Assembly (NCBI RefSeq): GCF_009914755.1
Contig: NC_060945.1
DNA length: 64,000 nucleotides
Direction: 5' to 3' (one strand)
Source of the DNA: the human T2T-CHM13v2.0 reference genome, Homo sapiens
Part shown: positions 1 through 16,198 of the stretch, in pieces
Layout: every line of letters begins with the position of its first letter
Position numbering within the stretch: position 1 is the stretch's first letter
Program-made: the position numbers and the translations under genes
The notes under the pieces: model-generated
What the model saw: only the letters and a program-made list of their open reading frames with translations
Told to the model about the DNA's origin: nothing
Database searches by the model: none

Positions 1-361
1 TATTATATAGTATATATACTATATTATATAGTATATATACTATATTATATAGTATATATACTATATATAATATAGTATATATACTATATATAATATATAG
101 TATATATAATATATTATATATAGTATATATTATATATAGTATAATATATAATATATATTATATATAGTATAATATATAATATATATTATATATAGTATAT
201 ATAATATATTATATATAGTATAATATATAATATATAGTATATATATAGTATATATATAATATATTATATATAGTATAATATATAATATATATTATATATA
301 GTATATATATAATATATATTATAATATATAGTATATATAATATATATTATATATATATATA
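1..361. repeat. Complex (TA)n / TATAG-interrupted AT-rich repeat, truncated by the window start
   Basis: About 360 nt almost entirely A/T, made of TATATA, TATAGTA and TATAATA units. Confidence 0.97.
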
Positions 362-2712
362 TTAGCTTGGCTTTCACCTATGAATGTGAATCCAGAATAT
401 TTGGCTATTCATGACAGCAAATTTTACCAGTGACACGGCATAATTTACACATAGAAGTTGATGAAAATATACCATGTGTCAATCATACTATAAAAAAGGA
501 ATTTCACATCCAACTAAATGTCACTGGCTTGTGATATGTCTGATAATATAGCCATAATGTACGGTAATAGATTATACCTAATTTACCCTTTCTGTATTGC
601 CAACTTTTCATAATTAATACTTTGATAGCAAAAAAAAGCAAACCTTCTCTAAAAGTTGCCTTTAAAGGAAAAGAATATGCGATGAACAGGAGAACACAGA
701 AATTGCCAATCAGCTCAAATGAATTTAAATGCAGATATGGTGTAAGGGGGTAGCTTTTACTTATTTAAGCTAAACTGGAATTATTATTATTATTATTACT
801 ATTATTATTTTGGTGGTAGTAGTGGAATTCCATGAGACCCAGTGTATCAAATTCTTATAATGCCTTTCCTAGTTACATGGCTTACAGGAAAAAACAACAA
901 CAACAAAAAAAACTGAAGCCTTTGAGAAAACTCAAGGAGAAATTTTTCAAAATGAAAAATGGAAAGTGGCTAGGGTATGAGAAAAATTCTAAATCTACCT
1001 GAAAGCACAGGAGTCGATGTATTTTAATGTGCTGGGATGCTGTGACTGCCAACCGCAATCCATCTGAAAGCTGTGGGTCCATCCATCCCCATGGGAGACG
1101 TGCACCCAATGACAAGGCCTGACCATCCCAGACTGGGGCTGCCCCATCAGACCCCCAAAGGACACAGGCAGCAGGCGGAGCTGCCTTGCACACATGGAAG
1201 GGTCTCCAGTGCTGGTCACTGATTTAGGAAACTCAGTGGGTGGCCGGCCATGTTTATGTGCTTGCAAAGCTTGGCTGCGGCGAGAGATCCCAGGCACGCT
1301 TGGGAGACGCACTGCATTTGCCTAGTACAAGAATTCCGACCCCAAGACACCTGCTACATTACACGTCACGTTTCTAGGACAGTGTGGAGACTTCTGCAGC
1401 TGTGTCATGCCTCTACTGAACAGGACCCATGTGTTAGATCTTAAGCACTGATGTTTGATGTCACCCACACGTGACTTTTCTTTCTGACTTTTTCACAAAG
1501 TGCAACATTTGGGGGCAAGGCCATTTCACCCGTTAGTGACTTAGGAACAGTGCCCAGAGTGTTTCCAGGGCCCATGCTATACTAGAAAAGAAATTTTACT
1601 GGGTCTCAACACAAAACGAAATCCAGAAAAATAAATCAAAATTTATAAATGTTTAATTAAATGTAAAAAAAAAAGTGTACCATTATGGCAACTTCATGAA
1701 TTTTTAAATTTAGGAGCCACAGATCTTTTTTGGTTAAAGTTTTCTCATTTCCAGAAGGATTTCAAGACTAAATCTGAATTATACCTGTCCTCTTTTGAGT
1801 ATGTATTGTGTGCCAGGCATGGTTCTAAGCCACAGAGGCTGCTGCATTCAGCCTTCCAGTGATGTGACGGTGGTACTACCAACTGTCCCCGTTTTGGAGA
1901 GGCTCAGTCAGACCAGCTGCTCCCCCAGGAATCGGCTCTCATAGTGTTAGCAAGTGCCAAAATGGAGACCTCAACCCCTAGTCTTGATTACATGTTGGTG
2001 GCAGAGAAGGCAGGGCAGCCACTTACAGCCAGAGAATTTCAGAACAAATTAGAAAGCCCTTTAAAAACTTTACAGCAAAAAAACGACGTCTATCTCATGT
2101 ACCACCTGAGTGCATGTGGATTTGCCTGATGTGATTTAGGATGGCACTGCCCAGGGAAGGCCTGGAGGCCTCGGCCTCTAAGGGGCCAGTTTACGGGAAC
2201 GAACTTACGGCTTTATTTTGCTGACCATATTTTGTTACCCTTTTTGCATGAGAACTAATTTAGAGATTATCTCGTCCCATTGCCTGGTTCAACAGGAGAG
2301 GAAAATGAAGACGAAAGTATTTAAGATAATTGCTCAAGTTCACACCCACTGGCCTGGTGGCACCAGTGTGAAAACCCAGGTCCCTAAATTCAGGATCCAG
2401 AAAACTTTTTACATGTTTGAAGCTTAAGAAACAGAAGCCTAAATGCAGACAGGGTTTTTTTTTTCTTATGGCATGTCATACAATGAATTCTAACAAGGAC
2501 TGCAATATATTAGTTTAGATCCTGACCTCACTGGTGTGGCATTCAAATTAGTGATATGGTTTTGCGAGGGTCCAGACGGAAAGAGAAATTCAATGTAATG
2601 GTGTAAGTTTCTTCCCTCTTCTCTGCTCCCACATTGGATTGAGAAGGTGCCTAGATCATCTCTTTGGGTTTTCACATTACCTGGAAGGAACTCTTATTTT
2701 GTTTTCTTTCTA

Positions 2713-3151
<439 letters not shown>

Positions 3152-4324
3152 TCAGAGCTGCACCAGGTGGGTTACTGCCGCTTCTGGGACAGAAGCCCAT
3201 TCCCTTCACGGTCCTCTTAGGTTCCCATTCACCCCAGGGGCCCTTTCAGACCTTAACCTCCACTCTAGGGTCAAGGAAGTCTGTATGCATGTAAAATTCT
3301 TCTTCTTGGACTGGTTTGATACTACTAAAAATATTCAACAGAAAGACATTCTAAAATTCGCTGGAAACATTTAGGCACGATTATTATTAATGCTTTAAAA
3401 ACTGCCTTTGCCAAGTCATCAGGTAGTTGAGGAGCTTAACACAGAAGGAATTAAAAGTACCAGGGGGAAGTTCCCCCAGAACTTTCAGCTTGGCCTGAAA
3501 TGCCTTTCAAAGTGGGGAGGAGGGGATGTGAGTCAGGACAGCATTTTCCTCCTCTTTGAGCCTCTGCCTTGCTCCTGCTTTAGGTGGGAGGGGAGGAAGA
3601 ATTACTTTCTAATTCCTGTGTGGATCAGGATTGCATCTAGAAAGAACTAAAGTCCAAGTCCAAATCTGATGAATTCAAGGGAAGAGGAATTAAGTAGCTC
3701 ATCATTCACTACCTGGAAAATACGCTTGAAGCAATTCCCAGTGAGCAATGCGATTGTGGATTGGTAATTACAATCCTGAGATCACAGATCCATAAAACCA
3801 TCTGACATTTTCATAATCATTCAAGAGCAAAGAGTGACACATCTTTTCATCCCCCCGGCGGCTACGTGCTGTGCACACGGGCCCTCCACGAAACCCTTTG
3901 TTAAAGGGGGACCCAGACTTGGACCACTACTCTGCAGGTCACTCCACTTTACCCATCTTTCGTGAAGGCCAACACCGGAAGAAGAGGTCTATGTTGTACA
4001 ACACCCCGGGGTCAGGTCCCCCTTCATGCCAGGTCCCCAAGTGGACCCTGGTGACAGAAGCAGAACCAACTGCTGGCACCTGTGACCAGCATGGCCATGG
4101 CTGTGTATTATGAACTCTGGGGAGGTGTGGGAGGGGAGGGTACTTCCTGCAGCCCTGCCGGGGAAAACACTGATTCCCTCCTGTCAGTACAAAAAAAATG
4201 ATGAATGCCAAAGCAACAGGGCTCTGCTTTCTTGAAGAAAACTGTATGTGACCCAGAACTTTACTGATAAACTCTCCCAATAAAAAATACAGGAATTACA
4301 TTACCATGAAGCTCAAAAAGCGGC

Positions 4325-4552
4325 CAGTGCAGTTCTTAAAAACAGACCCTGGCATCGGTGCGTGCCAGCATCTGGACGCCTTAGTTTACATGCTGGCTTA
4401 CTAGTTGCGTGACTTTGGGCAAGGTATACGATTTATTTTTTCTTCAATTTCCCTGCCTGTTCTTTTGAAGATTATATAAATTAATATGCGTGAAGCACTG
4501 TGAACAGTGTTGGGCAAATAACACTATTTAATGTTAGCTATTGCTATTATCG
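4325..4552 (+). mobile_element. MIR (degenerate)
   Basis: MIR core cttactagttgcgtgactttgggcaagg and 3' end aatgttagctattgctatt. Confidence 0.65.
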
Positions 4553-4587
4553 AGTATTTTTATGATTAAGAGAAAATAACAATGTGA

Positions 4588-4984
<397 letters not shown>

Positions 4985-5280
4985 CATAGGTACTTTTCAT
5001 GCATTTCTCTTCTTCACTTGAAGCACATTCTCCATATATAAAGATCCTATTTCTCATGTTCACATATATAATAGGTTTGCTATACACACTCAAAGTCATA
5101 GAAGAATTATACTCATATGACATGATCTCAACCAAGTACTTTAAAAAGTAGCTGAGTGAAGATTAGGCCCTTTGATCAACCTATTTTAACTATAACTCCC
5201 TCTAAAAACAAAAATCAGACAGAAAGAAAGCTAGTGCCTCAGGAAGCACTCTACAGTTTGTAAGTAATGGCTCCACCTTA

Positions 5281-5488
<208 letters not shown>

Positions 5489-6292
5489 GCTGCACATTTT
5501 ACCTTACTCCCTAGCTGCCCTCTAAGCCAGTATCCCAGATGTCACCTGATGTATGGATGCTAGAAGCCCCACCCTTAAACAGACCACATCACAAGACTCT
5601 ACGTTAACAGCCTGGTCCTCAAGGACGGGCTGCCCAGAGAGCAGAGGCAACGCTGCCTCCACCCAAAAGGAATCCCGTGAGCTCTAGACATGGTCATCCT
5701 TGCCTGTGAGGAGGGGGGCAGCTGCAGAGGCCTGTCCTTCCCTCCAGGTTTGTACTTCCCGGCATCTGCTGGGTTACACCTTTCCAAAATTACAGCCAGC
5801 TCTTTCACTTTTAAAATAGAAATAACTATATTTAATTAAACAAACAAACAAAAAAATCAAGAGCTCAAGCAGAACACAGTCACGTGAAAGACTCCTTTAA
5901 CCTGGGGACAGACAGAAGTTATCTCAGAAATGGCCAATACGTTAATTAACCTTTTTGATTTTTAATTTAGTTTCTCAATGTTCCAGACGTAACAAACACC
6001 TGACCAGACAGGTAAAGGCTGCCCAATCCATACCACCAGGACCAGCCCCCCAAGACGGGTCAGTTAGGGTCCCCACTGCTCACTCTCCTCAACCTCTCCT
6101 TGGCAAAATATCTTCCTCCATGGCATTGAACCAATTCCTGCATTGAAATTATTTAATGAAATCTCTGTAGAGAAGATGCTTTGGGATCTCAATATTAGCA
6201 TAGAGACACCTAAATTACAGATTTGTGAGCTGAGAGCTGGAGTTTTTCATTAGATCCTAGAAATATAAAACATACATTAAAAAAACAACTCT

Positions 6293-6607
6293 CAGCCATT
6301 CGTAGTAGCTCATGCCTGTAATCCCAGCACTTTGGGAAGCCAAGGTGGGCAGATCACTTGAGGTCAGGAGTTCGAGACCAGGCTGGCCAACATGGTGAAA
6401 CCCCGTCTCTACTAAAAATACAAAAATTAGCTGGGAGTGGTTGTGGGCATCTGTAGTCCCAGCTCCTCCAGAGGCTGAGGCGGGAGAATCGCTTGAACCT
6501 GGGAGTGGGGCAGAGGTTGCAGTGAGCCGAGATTGTGCCACTGCACCCCAGCCTGGGCAACAGAGTGAGACTCTGTCTCAAAAACAAACAAACAAACAAA
6601 CAAAAAA
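6293..6607 (+). mobile_element. Alu, full length, with (AAAC)n tail
   Basis: Alu consensus with flanking aactctca repeat. Confidence 0.95.
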
Positions 6608-9600
6608 CTCTCAAATATCCTTTTCTTGAAAAATCCTTTCGCTCTATCTTTTGTGCTTAAGGAGGAGACACTCTCAGTATATCAACAAGCTACTAAGTGC
6701 TCTACGTGCTAACCGAAAACAGAGCCCACCTTGGTGCTGGTAAGAACCCATTCCAGGCAGAGGATACCTTTTGATGGTGCTCTTGCTCCATGATAAAGTT
6801 AATTTTTCAACAATTAATAATTTCTATATTACTCTAAGATATTTCTTAAAATCCTATGGAATATGAGAAAAACAAGTTTTGATTTTCTAAGGGGCAGGTC
6901 CATTACTGTAAAAGAGCAAGAAACCATCTGAAATGAAAAACACTTTAAATTCCCTTTGGCGTATACTTTTGGCTACAGCTTCACCACTGAAAACCCTGGA
7001 AGAGGGGAGGGATGCATCAAGTTTACCCGTCGGCATGAAAAACAGACGAGCTGTGGCACAGCTTCTCATTCTCAGTCCTTAACTTAGTCAGCGGAATGGC
7101 AGGTTGAATGGCAGTTTGTCCCTCCAAATGCCAGATAACTGCTTTATTTAGTTAAGCTTGCACGCATACCTCAAGTCAAAGGCTCCACACCTGCAATGAG
7201 GCACTACCATTTGCCCTTCTATAATAGACAGTCTTCGAGATGAGCCAAATATGCCAGCCAATCATATAAGCCAACTCCTCATTTTAAATGTGAGGATACC
7301 GAGGCCAGGTCAAAGAGTCTATAAGAAAGAAATAGATGATGTACAGACAGTATGGTATGGATAGAGAGATGAACAGATGAATGGACAGGTAGATAAATGA
7401 AGGACAGCACAGAAGTAGACATCAGGAACTCCTCATTCTGTTAACGCTTCATCATCAACTATCTCTTTTAAAGCTAGGCAAACCGTTTCATTTTTCTGGG
7501 GCTATTTTCCCTTACCTATGGGGTGATGATCCTAAAGGCTCTTCTCAGGCCCCTCCTAGCTCTCATTGTCTTTGATTTTATGAAACTAGAGAATTTTCCA
7601 AAATGATTCAATTTGACCTTGGCAATGCCAGGGCCATTTTGCCAGGATTTCCCAGAATTCATTGCACCATAATCATGGAGGGGACTCGGGAGGTCTTATT
7701 CATCCAGAGATCTGGCAACATCTGGGCATCCTGATTTACATGCAGTGTCCTCTCTTTATGTTACACTGGAAAGCAACTGTGAGCAAAGCTTACTATAGAA
7801 AGTTCCCACCCTGAATGAAGACGTTCAAACCATAAGAAACCAGCATACTAAAATTAGCAGTGATGGCCCCTCTTGCTTCACAGGGCAAATAGAAAAGTCA
7901 GCATTACCCAAGTCAACCTGGGAGTCTGCATGCACTTGGCTTTTTTCTAGAAGTCCCTTGTAAAATGTGAGACTTTCTACCTGGGGCTATTGCACCTCTA
8001 TATATCATACTTATACTTATTCCACGCATTTAGTTTTTCCCCAGGCCCCAAATTCCATTTGGCAGGGAAGACTGTGTAAAAATGGATGCTTCTTTGGCGC
8101 AAATCCCTTCTGTCTGCTCAGAGGGTGCTTCTCCATATAACAACTGTTTTCTTAAGTTGTAAAACAGCAGGGGCAGAGTAAACTGTATATACAGCCAGAC
8201 CGTTACAATCACATAGACATCTTTTTTCCCCTCTGACTGCCAATTCTTAAAAGTCAGAGTCGCCACCATTTGTTTTCTGAAGCTCAATAACTTTGTTATT
8301 TCTTTGAATGTTACAGGAAATGCTGGCAGTGAGGCAAAACCCAGCCTTCTTTATGCATGAGGAAATAAGAGAAGTAGAGGGTATACCCAGGGTCACCTGG
8401 CTTCGGCTTCTTCAGGCTGGTCGGCATTTCAACTGTCCCAGAGACGGCTGTTGCTTCTAGTTCTAAATACAGTGGTTCTACAGCCTCCTGAAGGAGCATT
8501 TCTCTAAGTTTAGTTACCCTCAAAGTCGATTTTCTTATACCTAACAACTGCCTCCCTCCCAGCCAGGCACCTTGCCATAATTCAAGCCTGCTTCCTCTTT
8601 GGTCCTCTGTGGAGAACAAACTTGCTTTGGTGTTTATGTTCTGTTTAATGCAGGGTTACATTAACGTAGGAATGTCCAGGTTGACATTCCTACTCTGGAA
8701 ACCTAAGAAGAGCTCACAGTCATTCCTTAGACCTGTGTGGTCCTGTCTGTGTCTATGGCCTGCTTTTCACTCATAAAGAAGAATCAGGGTCTGTTATCAA
8801 GTCCCACAGTCTCCCAAGTCTAGGCATGGCCAGAAAGTCTCGATCAGAAAAAGCTGAGAGGGCCCTCTGGGGAAAAATGCAGTCAGATCTGGAGGGAGTC
8901 ACCGAGCACAGCAAATGGAAGGAAGGGAAAAAGCAGACGAGGAACACCATATCCTGGTGGCCTGCCCCTGGTGGGCATGGTGATTATTTGCAGAGCTCCA
9001 TCCACTCAAGGACTTTGGGAAAGTTGATGCAGCTTGGGGAATGGTTCCAGAAGGTGACCCAGATGCCATGAGGTTGTGGCCAGGACCACAGGGAAGGCTG
9101 CCATAAAAGCTGCCGTGATCACAGGATAGCCTGCAGAGAACTACCTTAAAACCCCACCTAGAAACCACCATGCAGGGAAGGTCATCTAGAGGGGACTGGA
9201 GCAGTAGCCAGGGATGAAAGCAGGGATGCCCTACTGGGGATCACTAACATTTCCTGCCTTCATTCTCTGCATCAGGCACACAGCATCATTTGGCTTGATC
9301 TTATAAAGAAGCTCTCATTATTATCCCCATTTTACAGAAGAGGAAAGTGAGGTTCAGCAAGGCTCTGTAGCTCACTGAAGGCTTAAGAATTCCACTGGCT
9401 TGCCCATAAAGCCCAAATTCTTAACCACTTCATTTTACAACCTGACCTCCCTGCATCTTGGCTTTTGGGGACAGTAGGAAGCCCTGTTTTTCAATATCCC
9501 TCACTCCAAGAAGAGAGTATATTAATTTTCCACCAGGGACCTGATACGGTTTGGAGACATCTGGATGCTGGGCGGGGGTGCTGGGCAGTTCCACAGACCT

Positions 9601-9913
9601 GGAACTGTAACCCAGCCTCAGATCCTGGGGAAGGGTGTGGTTCTGGAAAAGAGCGTTACTCTGGTGTTTACTCAAAGATAGTCATTAAGTCACTGTGAAG
9701 ACATCTTTTCTGCAGACTAAACAACCTCACTCATTTTTTTAAAAGCTTCCCTCACAGGAGTTATTTTTTGGTACTATCTTTCTATATTTACTGGTTTTCC
9801 CCAGACATTCTTCTACCCTCCCACTCTCTATCTTAAAAATGCCTGTAATAAGATTTTGATCTGTGCCATAGAAAGAAAAGGGTCATTTTCATAGTTTTCA
9901 TCTCTGGCCCTCA

Positions 9914-10543
<630 letters not shown>

Positions 10544-11219
10544 TCAGCACAAGTTACCAGTTTTGACAACACTCCCGGAATTTTGGCTTTGCTTCAATTC
10601 TGGAATACACACCTATGATAGTTGCCTAAGTGTAACACTTCACATAGTTATATGGCTTTAATGTAATCATCAATAAACAATACAAGATCAAGAAAGATTA
10701 GAATTTATTTTCTGTTAAGTCAGGATTTCCGGAAACCATAGAGTCAGATTGGCAGCTCTCCACTTCTGGTTCCCAACTTCCCTGCTCCCATCTTTCCCAA
10801 TTATTTATAATTCAGGGCAAATAAGAGTAGAAGAAACCATATCCATCTTTCTCTTCTTACTTTGTACCTTTGAAGATCAGGAAAGATAGAATTTCTAAGT
10901 TTGAAAACAGGCTAAATTAGAATCATTCTGTCTATATTTTTAAAAGACGAAGTCTGGCTGATTTTAAATATTATTTGAAAATGCCAGATGTTATTAGAGG
11001 TACTCATGGGATCAGTCAGAATAAAATTGATGACTCATAAATGGACTTAAGTATATGTAACTGACAGACTGAGATTCAATAAGTACTAGTAATAAAAAAT
11101 GCACAAAATTTCCATTACACATTTTACATATATTTATAAAAGGTGAGAAAATCTTCATTGCATAGATTTACTAATCTAAAAACATTTCTTGTTGGTAAAG
11201 TGATTCAGAAGATAAATCT

Positions 11220-11387
11220 GGCTAGCTGACCTTTGGCAAGTCACTAGACACCTCTATGTTCCTCAGTATCCTTACCAGGAAGATGGTTACATGCAAATTT
11301 TCCTACCTTAGAGAGTTTTAGGGGAGATTAAATGATTTACCGTGAGTAACCCTGTTAAAACAGTTATCTGGCACACGGTATTCAACA
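11220..11387 (+). mobile_element. MIR
   Basis: ctagctgacctttggcaagtcactaga...ggagattaaatga...aacagttatctggcacacggta. Confidence 0.7.
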
Positions 11388-11389
11388 GG

Positions 11390-11425
11390 GTGTGTCTGTG
11401 CGTGTGTGTGTGTGTGTGTGTGTAT
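11390..11425. repeat. (TG)n microsatellite, imperfect
   Basis: Read directly from the sequence. Confidence 0.9.
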
Positions 11426-11616
11426 GTTGTCTGCTTTATTTCTCTTCTCTGTTTCTCACGGGTCTATAATAGGACCCTAACATTTGATTAAGTCTGATGT
11501 TCAATCTTCCTACATCAATACAGTAGTTCTTTAATCAACATAGTTTCTCCTCTTAATCATGTAGCATAAAGTAAATCAAAGACAGATGAAAGGAAAATAT
11601 TTTCAATTGTCACACA

Positions 11617-11691
11617 TGTCTTAATACAAAGGAAGGCCACAGAAAAACAAATGTCATGCGTGTCTTAATACAAAGGAAGGCCACAGAAAAA
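11617..11691. repeat. 31-bp exact direct duplication, period 44
   Basis: tgtcttaatacaaaggaaggccacagaaaaa at 11617-11647 and 11661-11691. Confidence 0.95.
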
Positions 11692-13265
11692 TGCTCAATG
11701 AAAATATAATCTTTGGCCACAGCAAGCCACGATTCCTAATCGTGAGAAATCTCCACCGAACACTCCCCAAAGATGTGGATTCTATCTGTATTAAAGTCTA
11801 TAATAAAAAGAGCAATAGCAAGTAACAATTAGATGATGAAGGCTGCTCTGCCCATTGTGCCTTTATAACTAAAGTCTCAGCTGACCTGTCCAATAAACGA
11901 GGTGAGGATGCTTCTGGGGAGTGACTTCCATGGAGCAGAGCATCAGGGATGCCAGGAGACTCTGCCTCCAAATCCATCTTTCCCATCAACTGGCCTGTCC
12001 CCAGAACCTAGAGACGAGTCTTGTTGGCCTTTGGGGATTTGCCAGTTTTAGGACATCGTTCAGATGTTATCAGGCGACACTCTGGATGCTTTCCTACCGT
12101 GGCATCTAGCTGAAGGAGAGGACTGGGTAGAAGAGGCCTTGGCCAGGCCCAGCAAGCAGGGTATGTGATGTGATGTGGAGGAAGATGCTGCCGCAGAGGG
12201 AGGCAGGTCCTGGGGGCAACTGCCCATCTCACTGGGCAGTCTCTGGCTTTCCAAGAACAGATCCAGGAGCAATGACAGCCACAGACGGGGAGCAGCCACA
12301 TCCACATGTTCCAGAGCTGACTAACAGATTGTCCTACAAGCCTCATGGTCAGCCTGTTCCCTCTCTGTCAAGAACCCATGAAGGTTATCACCTGTATCAT
12401 CAAGACTGAACTCCAGAACCTGCTTTTAGGATCTTCTCACTAATAAGACCCTGCCCCAAGTAATTTCTCACTCACCCCCTCTCCTCCGCATACCTGACTC
12501 CCAGTGTGCACCCTCCGAGTTCTACCCATGAGCCATGGCATTGAGATGCTGAGGTCTTCCTTCCTCCAGCCACTTCGCCAATCCAAGGCTCCTTGCTGCA
12601 CCCTTCACCCGAGTCTTCCTGCCCTTCAGCATCTGGCAACGGGCAGTCACTCAGTCACTTGTTTTCCAGGCAGCCTTCCTTGATGACTACATTTTGCTTT
12701 ATGGCTGTTTGGGCTGCCTCATAAATCATCCTTCACCTTTGATTATTTAGGGTGTCATACTGAATGCAGTTTGCGGCTGTGTAGACCTAGTCTCCCAGAA
12801 GGTGGGGACCCTTTTCTATATACCCATGTAGCCCTCACAGAAAGGTGGGAAAGGGTGCAAGTGGGAAGGGGCTTTAGGAGAGAGGGGGTATTTAAAATTA
12901 AAAAAAAAAAAGTCCCTTGAGGACACAACAATAGATAATGCCATTGTCCCAGTCCTGAGTAGGTCTAGGGGTGCATGTGGGTGTATGAGAGAGAGAGAGA
13001 GAGAGACTGAGGTGGTTCTTTCAGCAAGAGAGTTACAAGTTTGGGGATGCAATACAAACGATTTTACCTCTCCAGATCTCAGTTTCCTCATCAGCAAAAT
13101 GAGGGGGGTTCATGGGATGCATGCAATGTCCCTTTCAACTCTCTGATTTCATCTTCCAAGAATGCAGCTGGCCTGAGATGCCCATAGCCATGTGCAGGCG
13201 GGCAGGTCCACGTGTGATTCTTCTGTTGCCTACAACTCTAGCACCTCAGTGACTTCATAAAAATA

Positions 13266-13690
13266 CTGTATTTGTTTCCTGGGGCTGCTGTAATAAATTA
13301 TCACAAACTGGGTGGCTTACAACAATAGAAATTAAGACTTTCACAATTCTGGAAGTCAGAAGTCCCAAATCAAGGTGGCAGCAGGGCCACACTCCCCCTG
13401 AGGGCTCTAGGGAGGATCCTTGCCTCTTTCTCGCTTCGGATGGTGGCCAGCATTTCTTGGCGTTTCCTGACTTGCAGCTGCAGCACTCTAGCCTCTGCCT
13501 CCATCTTCACATGACTGTCTTCCTACTGGGTGTCCCCTCCCTCTTCTTAGAAGGACATCAGTCATTGGACTTATGGCCCACCCAAGTCCAGTATGACTTT
13601 ATCTCGATTACACCTGTAAATACCTTAAGCCATATTTTAAGGTTCTAGGTGGACATACACTTTTTGGAGAACACTATTTAACTCAGTACA
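13266..13690 (-). mobile_element. MLT1-family (MaLR) solo LTR
   Basis: Typical MLT1 text: tgtatttgtttcctggggctgctgtaataaattatcacaaactgggtggctta...aaatcaaggtggcagcaggg. Confidence 0.85.
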
Positions 13691-13889
13691 AATAGCAATG
13701 TAGTAAGAGCTCCCATCATGGCTCTACCAGTGACAACTGCTCTACAGGCACGCGTGTGTTTTACCCTCTGGAACAGTCTTGCTCCGATAGTGGCTCTCCT
13801 ACCACCACGCTATCCACGACTACCCAAATGACAACAAAGAATGGTTGCATTCATAATACTGGCATTTTTAAGTCGTGTAGAACTCACAA

Positions 13890-14060
13890 CTTTTTAAACA
13901 CCTTCCCATATACTATTTCATTTGGTCCTCACACCAATCTCATGAAATAAACAAGATGGATTTTATTGTTCTTGATGAATAGGTAGCAAAGCTAAGGCCC
14001 AGAAAGGTTAAGTAATTTTCCCAAAGTCACACAGCTTTGATATACAGCAAAACTCATATC
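13890..14060 (-). mobile_element. MIR
   Basis: tcatttggtcctcacacc...aggcccagaaaggttaagtaattttcccaaagtcacacagct. Confidence 0.7.
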
Positions 14061-14352
14061 CCTGAGCTTTCTACTCACTGTTCTTCCGGTTATTATCCCT
14101 GAGGTCATAAATCTCCACCCGCAAACCCAATAGCACCAGTACAAGAAATCTGGACTGGAGATACTTTATCCACACCTACCACTGCCCCAAAAAGTAAAAT
14201 CTGACTCTGTGATTCTAATGTACCAATGGTACTCAACCTGGGTTATAGCTCAAAAGCATTTTCTTACTGAGCTGCGTTTGGGCCTCTGGCAGTTGAGCAC
14301 TCATGACACCCCATCTGGTAAACCACAGACTAACCTATATAATCAGGAGTAA

Positions 14353-14739
<387 letters not shown>

Positions 14740-15789
14740 TAGTAGGTGGGGCGTTTTGGCCAGTCATGTGGTTCTCCCTCACAAAGGGCTCTTGTTTACA
14801 GCTTTGGGTACAAGGACATTTGCTTATTATCTTACAGACACAGTGATGACTTCTTCACAGGTGTAGGTGACATTTTTCCACAGCACGAAAACTGCCTTAC
14901 ACGTCCTTTGTATTCTTCCAATGAGACCCAGCAGAGCCTTGATACTGGGCTGCAGTCAGCAACGGGCGCACCTGACAGGAGCCACATGCTCTGCCCTCCA
15001 CGTGGCCCTGCCCTCTCCGTGGCCCCACCCCATGGCGGCTGGGACACAGCCCTTCTTGGCCAGCATCTGCAGAAGTAGGATCTGTGCCTCGGGGCACACG
15101 TGTTATGAGCCAAATTCCCTCATTGAAATGACCTATAGGCCTGGTATTTTAAGTACATGGGTGTGGAGCACAAAAGACTCTCAAGTGTTTCTCCCAGCGA
15201 GCTGCAGCCGGAATAGTGAGAAATCACAGGAGAGCAAGGGAGGGCAGGTTGGCTAAATAGCAACGGCCCCAAAATGGGCTTTTCAGGACCCAGTGCAGGG
15301 GTGGAAGGATGGGGCTGCTGCCGAGAGGGCCGGTGTTTCTGTTGGCAGCCTGGAGGATCCAAGGCTCCCTGAAGCACTCACTGGCCTTGGTCTGGTGAGG
15401 CCAGCAGAGGCTTTGGTCAGTGCACAGATGGCCCCAGCACTGATCCTGTGTGTGCTGCTGGAAGTCGGCAGCTCTTGGTTCCAGAGGGGGCCACCACGGG
15501 GTCACAGGGTGGCCTGCATGGAAGGAAGCCAAGGAAAGGGGTAAACAAGGGGTAAACACCAAGTCCTTCCTCCTGCTCACTGAACCCTGACCACCACAGC
15601 AGCATCAGTTCCAGCCAGGGCTTGGGTTCCAGGAGGACCATTAGAAGACCATTAGAAGCACCAAACGACACTCATACTGAATAAGAAGGTGAGAACAAAA
15701 AACAACAGGGCAGATGAGGTTTGTCTTGATGTAGGCTTGGAAGCAGTGAGAGAGAAGAATTCCATATAAAATCCCATGAAGGTGGAAAC

Positions 15790-16030
15790 ACAGTGGTGAT
15801 TCATTCAGTGTGGACTCTCAAGGCAACCTACTTAGGTTCAAAACCTCGCTCTGCCACTTGCTAGCTGTGTGACCTCAGGCAAGTTACTTGACCTCTCTGG
15901 GGCCTCAGCTTTGTCATCTGTAAAAGGGGGTTAATAACAGTCATTCCATCTCGTAGCATTGTTCTGCAGGTTAAATGGAATGCTGAATATACAAGCAGAG
16001 CACAGGGAAAGGTCTCAGTAAATGTCAGTG
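15790..16030 (+). mobile_element. MIR, near full length
   Basis: ctctgccacttgctagctgtgtgacctcaggcaagttacttgacctctctggggcctcagctttgtcatctgtaaaagggg. Confidence 0.88.
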
Positions 16031-16146
16031 GAATGATCATTAAAGACATGATAAAGGTGATTCCACAAAGACCAGAGCTGTGACAGATCCCGTAAGAAGG
16101 AGCTGGGGATGAAGTAGGCACTGACGTCTGACATGAGGAGGGGTTT

Positions 16147-16147
<1 letters not shown>

Positions 16148-16197
<50 letters not shown>
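16148..16197. repeat. (TG)n microsatellite, about 22 pure units
   Basis: Read directly from the sequence. Confidence 0.97.
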
Positions 16198-16198
<1 letters not shown>

